Shown: positions 27,824-37,019 of the stretch, piece by piece
Layout of the letters: each line of letters begins with the position of its first letter
How positions within the stretch are numbered: the first letter of the stretch is position 1
Assembly: GCA_023334545.1 (NCBI GenBank)
Contig: JAADVB010000174.1
Span: forward strand, 1-40,352
DNA: 40,352 nt
Source: Salisapilia sapeloensis CBS 127946
Lineage: Eukaryota > Protista > Oomycota
Direction: 5' to 3'
Position numbers and translations under genes: made by a program
Notes under the pieces: generated by a model
Seen by the model: the letters and a program-made list of their open reading frames with translations, nothing else
What the model was told of the DNA's origin: nothing
Databases searched by the model: none

Positions 27824-29653
27824 ATGGTTCCAGCACGAGCGAGGAGAGCGCTGTCTTGTGCGTACCAGGTCGAGCGTGTGGTCCAGCGTGGGCTGGATGA
27901 GGCTCGTCCAGGGCTACTGGACACTGCCAAAGAGCAAGGGTTGAAACTCCCGACCAACCTAGGTGTCCGTCGCTCCCATCAGCGAGACGCAGACTACCAG
28001 TCGAGTTTGGCTTTGCAGCTCGGGAATCGATTCAAGCACAATCCGAAGGACTTGGCGAGTGAAATCGTTGCGAATGTCCATGGCAATGTCATTCATGAAG
28101 CTTTCGTCTCGGACAAAGGATTCCTAAACTTTGTCTTGCAGGACGAGTGGCTAGCAACGCAGCTCGTGGACATGTCGACAATCGGTGTGACGCCCGAGAC
28201 GTTAGATGCAGCCGATCGACGGTCTATCTTGGTAGACTTTTGTGGACCGAATCTAGGCAAAAAGCTTCATGTCGGACACTTGCGTTCGAGTGTCATTGGC
28301 GACACGATCAGTAATCTGCTCGAGTTTCGAGGTCATCACGTCGCTCGGATCAGTCACACAGGCGACGTCGGGTCCGCTCTCGCGACTCTCATCGCTGAGA
28401 TCCTCGATTCGAAAGTCCCTCTCGCCACTTTAACCGACGAGCAACTCGGCAGCAGCTATGAGCAAGGGAAGAAGCGATTTGCTCAGGACGCGATGTTCAA
28501 AGCTCGCGTCGATGGCATCGTCCTACAGCTCCAGTCTTTAGGTGTAGAAGGCAAGGATAGATATGTAGAAAAGGAGGTAGAAGAGGCTTGGAAAGCTGCG
28601 TGCCAAGTGTCACGTCAAGCGTACTCGAGTATTTTTGATCGTCTTAACATTCGAGTGGAAGAACGTGGTGAATCCACCTACTTGCGTCTCCTCCCATCTC
28701 TTCTAGATGATCTGAAGAAAAGAGGAGTAGCGGTGGAGTCTCGTGGAGCTCTCTGTATCTTTGTCAACGGACGAGAGAAGCCTCCGATGATCTTGCAAAA
28801 GCAGGATGGAGGCTACTTGTACGCGACGAACGACCTTGCATGTCTCTACTCTCGTCTGCATGGCTTCCCAGGCGTCGACGATACCAAGTACGACCAGGTC
28901 GTGTACGTCACGGACAAGAGTCAGTCTCTCCACTTCCAACAGCTCTTTCGTGCCGTGGGGATGGCCGGGTGGACCTCCGATAGCACCAAGCTAGAGCACG
29001 CTCCGTTTGGTCTCGTCCTTGGTCGAGACGGTGGCAAGCTTAGCTCTCGTAATGGTGCGTTCGACTACCTGGAGGATCTCCTCGATGCCGTCACGAAAGA
29101 GTGCAGCGCTCGGTCTATTGCGTCGGATGACATGGAACAGAATCGGATCGTTGGCGATGCAGCCGTGAGGTATTTTGAGCTAGCGCAACAGCGAGAGAGG
29201 GACTACAAGTTCATTATGGACCAAGTGCTGCATCTCAAGGGGAACACTGGCGTCTACCTCTTGTACGCATCAGCTCGTCTCGGAGGTATCTTGCGCAAGG
29301 TGCAGACACATCGCGGACTTGGATCGAGTACGCAATGGTCGGATTTTGTGTCTTTAGAAGCGAAGGGTGTGCTGTTAGATAGCTGTAGTGCGTGGACGCG
29401 AGAGGAACGGAGTTTGGCGTTGCTCTTGTGTCAATTCGAGGATGAAGTCGAGGCAAGTGTGGCGCAGTTGTATCCGCATTACTTGTGTGACTATTTATTC
29501 CGCGTCGTTGGACAGTTCCATGCTTTCTATGAAGAATGTCGAGTGCTAGGGGATCCGAAGGAAGAGAGTCGACTCGTGCTGTGTGCTGCGACGCACAGTG
29601 TGCTCCAGCGAGGACTGCAGTTACTAGGTATCGAAGCCGTGGAAAGGATGTAA
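27824..29653 (+). CDS. RARS: Arginyl-tRNA synthetase, probably mitochondrial, 609 aa
   Basis: ADYQSSLALQL, VDFCGPNLGKKLHVGHLRSSVIGD (HIGH), LQKQDGGYLYATNDLA, YVTDKSQSLHFQQLF, HAPFGLVLG, KGNTGVYLLYASARL, PHYLCDYLFRVVGQFHAFY. Arg-rich N-terminus MVPARARRALSC. Confidence 0.95.
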   Translation: MVPARARRALSCAYQVERVVQRGLDEARPGLLDTAKEQGLKLPTNLGVRRSHQRDADYQSSLALQLGNRFKHNPKDLASEIVANVHGNVIHEAFVSDKGFLNFVLQDEWLATQLVDMSTIGVTPETLDAADRRSILVDFCGPNLGKKLHVGHLRSSVIGDTISNLLEFRGHHVARISHTGDVGSALATLIAEILDSKVPLATLTDEQLGSSYEQGKKRFAQDAMFKARVDGIVLQLQSLGVEGKDRYVEKEVEEAWKAACQVSRQAYSSIFDRLNIRVEERGESTYLRLLPSLLDDLKKRGVAVESRGALCIFVNGREKPPMILQKQDGGYLYATNDLACLYSRLHGFPGVDDTKYDQVVYVTDKSQSLHFQQLFRAVGMAGWTSDSTKLEHAPFGLVLGRDGGKLSSRNGAFDYLEDLLDAVTKECSARSIASDDMEQNRIVGDAAVRYFELAQQRERDYKFIMDQVLHLKGNTGVYLLYASARLGGILRKVQTHRGLGSSTQWSDFVSLEAKGVLLDSCSAWTREERSLALLLCQFEDEVEASVAQLYPHYLCDYLFRVVGQFHAFYEECRVLGDPKEESRLVLCAATHSVLQRGLQLLGIEAVERM

Positions 29654-29865
29654 GAGTAATAGACGTTTGGCTTTGGTGACATGTACGGTTGCGATAGAAA
29701 TGATAAGCATGGGGTTTACATATGAGGGATAAATGTAGCTAGCCCATCGTGATTCTTCTTGTGTATGTAGACGAGTACCTCGGATGCTTCTGGCATGAGG
29801 CGCTGGTGGAAGTTGAGCTCAGATATGATTACGCAACTCCAACCGCCCGTTGTGACACATCATCG

Positions 29866-30970
29866 ATGAGCACAGTTCGAGCACGGACGGATAGTTTAGC
29901 GGAGCTGGACGCCATTGCCTCGCGGTTGCAGCAGCAAGAGGACAGTCAGAGTGAGCTGTCGGAGGATGAGATGCGTGTGGTGCTAGAAGAACTGTGGGAA
30001 GTGCTTCTTGATGCGGTCTTCTCTTCCTTTGATGCTCGTCTTCGAGCAGCAGAGTTGCTATATTTGCTATCTCAGACCAATCCAGATGCTGTGTACATTC
30101 GGAAGCAAGATATTCGAGGTGCTCGGTCACTGGTGAGCTCTTCGTGTCAAGCATTGGACGATTTAGACGCGAGTGACCGGATACAGCATGACCAAGTGCT
30201 GACTTGGCTACAGTTCTTACTACATACTCTCATTTATTCCCACAGCTACATGGTATGTGTATCATATAAAAGCTCAAGTACAATGGCACTAACCAGTATG
30301 TATAAGTTTGCTCACGTTGTGAACAGCCACATGTACGCTGGTCTATTGATAAAGTTTCTTCGTCTCTTATCAAAGTGCTCCACCCCTATATTTGCAACCA
30401 CGACCAAGTTATTAGCAGCGTTCCATGCTGTAGAGAAGAATAGAGGTATCAGTACATTGGTAGGACAGGTCCTGGCTGAATACAAGGAAGGCATGCAGCA
30501 TTTTGGTGGAGCTCTCTTGCACGTTATGAACGCTTGTGGATATCCCACTGCTGCGTCCGATGACATTCACTTGTTGAATTGCATACAGGTATGCCATACA
30601 CTACTTCATTCAAGTAGTCGAGTAGAAACTGATTTCGTTCATGGAGTAGATTCTGGACGACATTCTACAGCATCCAGAGGCTAGTCAAGTCATCTTTGTG
30701 AATGATTTCAAGGTGCTGTTGGACCTCGTCGTGCGAGAGTGTATTGATAGACCGGACGTTGACATCCGACGACTAGACTTTCTAAGATTGCTCGAGACAT
30801 CTTTGCAGTCGCCATTGTTTTATGAGGCTCAAAGCTACCGGAAGAAGGAGCTACTGCAGATACTGGAGGATTTACTTGAAGTTGGCTCGTTGCAAGACAC
30901 GACGATGCCCGCATGCGTCCGGGAAAAGCTCCGAGAGATTCTACTTACGCACATCGATCGGCTAGACTAG
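29866..30970 (+). CDS. SPIN90/Ldb17/Dip1 (WDS family, DUF2013-like) armadillo protein, about 329 aa
   Basis: join(29866..30252,30307..30588,30650..30970); introns 54 (GTATGT..CACTAAC..AAG) and 61 nt. Spliced C-terminus ILDDILQHPEASQVIFVNDFKVLLDLVVRECIDRP..IRRLDFLRLL..YRKKELLQIL matches the WDS FYTNDLxVLIDIxxR motif. Confidence 0.75.
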
Positions 30971-31057
30971 ATATTTACAAGTAGTGGTAGACGTCGACGG
31001 ATATAAATGAATCTATGTCGTTTCTTGAAACCAACTTCTAACGGTCATTGACGTAAA

Positions 31058-32210
31058 ATGGCTTTTGCAACGATTAAGGTTGGGAAAAAATCATCTTCAC
31101 GACTTACTTCCTCTACGCTCTCTTCTGATAGTCACGCACGACCTGTGACGAGAGCAGAGTTCCAGGAACTTGTGGTACTTGTGTCACAGCTAAAGAAAGA
31201 CTCGACTCGGCATGCGCAGAATGCAAGTGACTTTGAAAGTGCTTTCGAGATGCTACATGCCCAGATTTCCACTACCAAGTCCAACACAACGTCGATGGAA
31301 GATGATGTCAACCAGAAGATTATTCAAATGGAGGCTTCATTCGAGCATCAGATGCAGCAGCTACGCATTGAGGTGGACCAGAAATGTCACGACTTGCAGT
31401 CGATAATCGATCGTCTGGAATTCCGGTTTAAGCATCACTACAGGGACAGTGAGGCCATGTCGGAGCAAGTGAGTAAGAATCACGAAGGCATGCAACAGAT
31501 AAAAGCGCAGGTGGGCCAAAACGACTATCAAATGATCAAGTTACAAGATGAAATGAAAAGTAAGGAAGAGAAGATTGCACTCGTTGCGACTCAAGTAGAA
31601 GCGAAATTGGAAGAGGCGGAAGAGCGTCGAAAGGAGCTGACTGCAGTTTTGGAGAAACGAATGATGCTGCACGCCAAGAAGCTAGAGGAAGATGTGCAAG
31701 AGAATACGCAGAATATTAGTATGCGCATTGGAAACTTGGAAGCGAGGAACAAACGGGTGACGACTCGGGTACACCAGGTACGGCTTACTCCGAGATATGA
31801 GATGTTCTTCATGAGGTTTGAACGTATAGCTCGATTAGATACATGATGATATGTCGAGGCTGGAGCGACTGTGTGATTCAGCAGCAAATGTAAAACAACA
31901 ATTAAAATATGAAGTCGAAGTGTGGGAAGCTAGTAGCGATCGGTGGAATCAATACATGTTGGGTATAGAGGATCGGTTGGGAAAGACTATAGAGCTTGCT
32001 GAAGAAGCTGTTCACAGAAAAGAGCTGGAGTATCAATTAGATCGGGTGGAAGGGAGTGTGAAGGCTCGGATGGAATCTGTCATAGGGGTATTGCTCTTTA
32101 CCACGATACTTTGAATGGATCCGCGCTTATGTACTTGCACGATATAGATGCTAGAAGCATATATGGAAAGCGTCCGATGGCGGTATAACGATAAAGATAG
32201 TGATGAATAG
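31058..32210 (+). CDS. Hypothetical long coiled-coil protein, 343 aa
   Basis: join(31058..31777,31839..32087,32148..32210); introns 61, 60 nt, both phase 0, join three ORF-track fragments into a continuous heptad-rich helix. Confidence 0.75.
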
Positions 32211-32334
32211 AGTTTTGCTTTAATAATTCAACACGAGTGGCCTTCTTTTAGATATGCAATCAGTTTCATTGCATCAACGAAACTGCTTTCTGTGCTAACC
32301 TTAAGCAACTTGGTAGTCATATTCTATTCCTAGC

Positions 32335-34876
32335 ATGCGGGTCTGTACTGCAGCCGTGCTCTTTGCGTGGTGTGGACTTTTTCGTGAAGTATCTGGTTAT
32401 ACATGTCCAAACTACTGCTCTGGCCGTGGTATGTGTGGTGAACAAGGTGTTTGCACCTGTCCTGATGGCTGGACTGGGGCAGATTGCTCTCTAGGTACTT
32501 ACTCTTTCCGCGAGTTACTACAGTACATTGTCACAAGCTTAAATGATGCCTTCTAAATAATGTAGCAACATGTCCGATGGGAAAAGCTTGGGCAGATGAA
32601 GTTGCTGGGACTGATGACGCGCATAACCTTGCCGAGTGTTCGAATCGAGGTCTATGCGATCGAGTTACCGGTCGTTGTAATTGTGACGATGGCTTCACTG
32701 GTATCGCATGCGATCGAAGTAAGTTCCTTGCGTAAAAATCTAAGTTGTAGTAGATAGAAAGCTAATCGGATGCTATACGCAGTGAGCTGCACATGCAATG
32801 GCCGAGGACGATGTGAATCAATGGAACGTTATGCTTTGACAAAAGACCCTGGTCTAGGAGATGTCTACACGTATGTCAACAATTGGGATAGCGAGAAGAT
32901 TTACGGATGCGTCTGCGACGAAGGATTCACAGGGCCAAACTGTGAAGAGCGTATGTATTGCGGACTTGTGTCAATGATGACACTAGAACTTACTGTGAGT
33001 AGAATTATGCCCTGTGGGTGACGATCCTCTAACTGGAACGTCGGATGATCCAGATGGCATCCAACGGAACGAAAAGCAGCGTGTGAGCTGCAAAGCTACG
33101 GTATCCTCTCATCTTGTCTATCCATTTTGAAGTATCTAGTTGACTCAAATGCGCAGAGCGGAACGTTTACGTTGACATTTCGAGGTTATACAACTGTTGC
33201 AATCGATGCAGCGGAGACGAAGGAAGACCTAGAGGCGAAGCTCTTGGCTCTACCAAGTATCCACGGTATCACATTGACCTACTCTGGGGTTACTCTAGCA
33301 GCATGCACATCCAATGGAAATGACATTACGATCGAGTTTACGCAAGACTTTGGCGAGTAATGGACACTTGGTCATCTATTATACGTGGAAACCTGCTCAC
33401 GATAGTGAATATGCTTTTGCAATAGTCTGCCCAATTTACTCCTTGATGGCACGAACCTTGTGCATTCGACTTCAGGAGAGGACCCGACTTTAACGCTGAC
33501 AACTGTGACAGAAGGCACCAAGGAAAGTCTTCAATGCTCACGACGAGGTCGATGTGACCCAGATACAGGCAATTGTGCATGCTACACCAACTTTTTCTCC
33601 AGTGACGGGACTGGAGCGATCGGTCAGCGTGGCGATTGCGGCCACGTGATCTCGACTGTCACTGCTTGCCCTGGAGAAATCGCCTGTAGTGGTCATGGTA
33701 CCTGTCGAGGACCACCGACATATGACTGTATTTGCAATGAAGGTTTCACTGGTGGTGACTGCAATGAATGTGCGTCTATCTAACATATTTGGTATAACAC
33801 AAGTGTTCTAAGATGAATATGTAGTGATTTGCCCGACGGGAAAAGCATGGTTCGATCGACCGATTGCCGATGATGAAGCCCATCAGCCAGTCGAGTGCTC
33901 TGGCGTTGGCACTTGCGATCGTGTTAAAGGCAATTGTATATGTAACCCAGGTTTCACTGGATCATCATGCAATCGATGTACTGCCTCATTATCTATTGCA
34001 TCCATCTATAAGTCCAACTAACCTCGATTTGAACTAGTGGAATGTCCAAATGACTGCAACGGTCATGGAACATGCTACACGATGGAAGACCTTGCCAAAC
34101 GATCACGATATAATAAGGAAACGATGGATTGGACGTATGGAGAAGTGCCGAATAAGAAAGAGGTGAAATGTAGCCACTTGTTTCTATGTACTTCAGAAGG
34201 TCTGACGTGCTGTGTTTGATCGCAGACATGGGACTATGACATGATCAGCGGATGCTTGTGCAGTGAAGGGTGGGAAGGACACGATTGCTCCCTACAGTCC
34301 TGTCCCACTGGCGACGATCCGATGACTCGGTTTGCTGTATCAGGCCCTCGTCGTCGTCAGGTGAACGAAAAACAAGTACTGACGTGTACTGGAAACTCTG
34401 GAGTATTCACTCTTACGTTCCGAGATCAAACGACGAGCACACTGCCGTACTCGATCACAGATACGTCATTGAAAAGTGTATTAGAAGGATTAAGCAGTAT
34501 TGGCGAGGTGAGCGTTACATATTCGAGTGGGTATGCCAGTGCACCGGCTTGTACCGACGATACTTCGAATGTAGTTACTATCGAGTTTCTGACCGATTTT
34601 GGTGACCTACCATCCCTCCGGTATGCAGCAGATAACTCGCTGACGATTTCCATCGATGTGGACGGCGCAAACGGCTCCCAACGAGGCACGAAAGAGGAAG
34701 ACGTGTGTGCTAATAGAGGCATCTGTAATCATGTCACTGGCCAATGCACATGCATGTTTGGCTTTAGCAGCAGCGATGGCAGAGGCAACAGCGGTGATCG
34801 AGGTGACTGTGGCTACAAGATGCCAATCTTTCTGGACGAGAACGGCCGAGTTGCCATGCCTGAAAACCAATTCTAA
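32335..34876 (+). CDS. Secreted EGF-like/Cys-rich repeat protein, Sig1/mastigoneme-protein-like, 683 aa
   Basis: join(32335..32494,32566..32718,32783..32950,33003..33100,33157..33356,33426..33769,33825..33977,34038..34162,34226..34876); 8 introns of 52-71 nt give an open 2052-nt CDS. Signal peptide; repeated CPxGKAWxD..AH..ECSxxGxCDRVxGxCxC, CPxGDDP, NEKQ, FGDLP, GTKE, SSDGxGxxGxRGDCG; no TM segment. Confidence 0.85.
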
Positions 34877-35127
34877 GTGGAAACCTATCCTTCCTTTCAA
34901 GATCCAATACAAAAAGCCAGATCGTTTCGGTGGGTCTTTTGCAATCCACGACAAGTCCCAGCGATCTCCCTTCACTCTATCAAGTACATCTATCTACCTA
35001 GGAAAACTCCAAATACAAATATAGCTTCTAGAATGGCATCTTTAGGCACAAGGATAGTCTCGGCATAGTCCCATCCTTCTCCCTGGATATTCTGAATACC
35101 AACATCAAGTCGGATCATAAACGATAT

Positions 35128-35139
35128 TATTGGCTAAAA
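35128..35139 (+). promoter_or_regulatory. CCAAT-box-like element (reverse orientation)
   Basis: TATTGGCTAAAA about 55 nt upstream of the INR/FPR at 35194. Confidence 0.4.
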
Positions 35140-35193
35140 TAAAAATTCCAAGCGTTCGGATTGGTAGATAATGTTTAGTCCATTAAGACAGCT

Positions 35194-35208
35194 TCATTTT
35201 GCAACTTT
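35194..35208 (+). promoter_or_regulatory. Oomycete INR+FPR core promoter
   Basis: TCATTTTGCAACTTT, the best match in the window to TCATTYYNCAWTTT, 11 nt before ATG 35220. Confidence 0.7.
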
Positions 35209-35219
35209 CTACCAACAAG

Positions 35220-35552
35220 ATGGACGACGAGTGCGATATGTTGGAATGCTGCCTCTGCGGCGCCCTCTGCGGAGCGTGCTGCGGCGCGTGCGGAGGCAAC
35301 GACGACCGTGACCGACGCTACCAGGATGACCGTGGAGCGCCAGTGTACGTCCAGCCGGTGGCCGTGCAGCCGCAATACGCGCAGCAGCCATACCCGGGAC
35401 AGCAGCCGTACCCTGGACAGCAACCTTACGGCTACGGTCCGCCACCGCAACAGTACCCTGGCTATGAGCAGCAGCCATACGGCTACGGCCCGCCTCCTCA
35501 GCAAGGCTACGGCTATGGCCCACCTCCACCAGGCTACGGCAACAAGGTCTAA
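35220..35552 (+). CDS. Small 110-aa protein: N-terminal Cys cluster plus Pro/Gln/Tyr/Gly repeat tail (CYSTM-like, inverted)
   Basis: MDDECDMLECCLCGALCGACCGACGG...QQPYPGQQPYPGQQPYGYGPPPQQYPG...GYGPPPPGYGNKV; GC3-rich codons against AT-rich flanks; INR/FPR directly upstream. Confidence 0.85.
   Translation: MDDECDMLECCLCGALCGACCGACGGNDDRDRRYQDDRGAPVYVQPVAVQPQYAQQPYPGQQPYPGQQPYGYGPPPQQYPGYEQQPYGYGPPPQQGYGYGPPPPGYGNKV
35380..35541 (+). repeat. Degenerate coding tandem repeats (QQPYPG x2, QQPYGYGPPPQQ x2, GYGPPP x3)
   Basis: cagcagccatacccggga / cagcagccgtaccctgga; tacggctacggtccgcca / tacggctacggcccgcct / tacggctatggcccacct. Confidence 0.8.
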
Positions 35553-37019
35553 TCTTCGTCCTGCACGGAGACTAGGACGAACCGAGTGTAATTACGTTTG
35601 TAGTTTCCGACGTTTAAAAAGGAACAAATTTCATTTTCAGGTTATTCTTGAGTAATGTACGCTATAAAGCTTATCCTTGTACTTGTTTTTGCTTGTTCTC
35701 TGTTGGTCAAGGCATGACGTGGGAGAAGCTTGGAAGAGTAGGAGCATGGTAGGCTTCAACCGGATGCTTGGAACGTTTAATCAGAAATGTAATTAAAGAC
35801 AGAAATTAATCGCTGTATCTATGCATGGAAAATCACTATGGTCGTGTTGTTTGTGGAGATGCTTGTGTGTCCTACGCGTCTTTTCGTTCTCGTTTATGTA
35901 TATCCTGCTCCATTGATATGTTTCTAGTCTTAGGGTCAAGTATCGATGAGGAAGAGCTCGAGAGGAAGGCTGGTAGCTTTCTATAGTTCATGACGGTTTG
36001 TAGATGTCAACTGACTAAACCAGCAGTTGATCTTCATGGGAGGATTTGACATGATAGAAGAGTGGAGCTGGATAGTCTAGAAGGAAAGTGGGAAGGCCCA
36101 CGATGGATCTGCATGGATGCATAGAGAAGAGTGTTCTGTCTTTCGTATTTGATGGACTGTGGATATGTCTGACGTGTTGAAAGCATATTCTCAGTAATGC
36201 TCTTGTATTTGTCTTGTTTGCAAAGTTGGTTCCAGTCGTATAGTAGTCTTTTGAACGTACATGAAGAACCGGAAGGCAAAGCTTAAAGGAGCTTGCACTG
36301 TAGCTTGAAGTGAATGAGAAGGATGAGGATATGGAAGAGTAGGAGATAGCACAAGGTAGTCTAGATAGACGAAGAACTGATAGAGCGAAAGGTAGTTTCT
36401 ACATGCCACCGCAGACATACAGCACACATATATTCCTATCCAATCGAGACTCTTTCGTCTCCAAGCAACGTCCGTGGCTTGCAGCAGGCGTTCCGTTGCT
36501 CAGTTTCTAAATCTGAGTAAGCTATTCGTCTGCGTTGTACTACGTGTTATCGAAGTAGACTAGTACCCACATGCATTCCTTATAAAAGTCGCGTTACGCT
36601 CCTACACGCACGAGAACATGAAATCCTATATCATGCCGACCAGATCGCAGGAAGATTCGACTCAACGTTCGGATGCCAATTGGATCCCGTCCGTACCACC
36701 ATTCCTAGATAAAGTATTTCCATGACGCTCCATATGGACTTCCAATTGCATAGAAGACAAAATATCTCTCCTACGTACTACCATCTACCTATTTTCCACA
36801 TATCTACTTCCTACACCTCCAAGTAGCCCATCGTCGGAAGCATCAACTCCGATTAACACAGCTTTTCTGGACTAGGAGCAAGTCCCACCACATTTACAAG
36901 ACAGTTCGTCTCTCCAATTGGATAAAATCCACTTCCTCCGTATTTTTCTCCAATCGCCATTCTATATTCGGCACATCGGCCAATACCATACTTTCGAGTA
37001 GAGCAGCAAGTCGGAACGA

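Noticed and set aside
35655-35717. 20-aa signal-peptide-like ORF MYAIKLILVLVFACSLLVKA
   Set aside because: Ends immediately at a stop; hydrophobicity follows from the T-rich 3' flank of the upstream gene.
36008-36033. Short inverted repeat TCAACTG...CAGTTGA
   Set aside because: A 7-bp stem is expected by chance in 40 kb; no TIR or TSD context for a MITE.
36034-36427. Minus-strand ORFs of 81 and 78 aa in the long intergenic region
   Set aside because: No motifs, no promoter or splice support, AT-rich noncoding composition.
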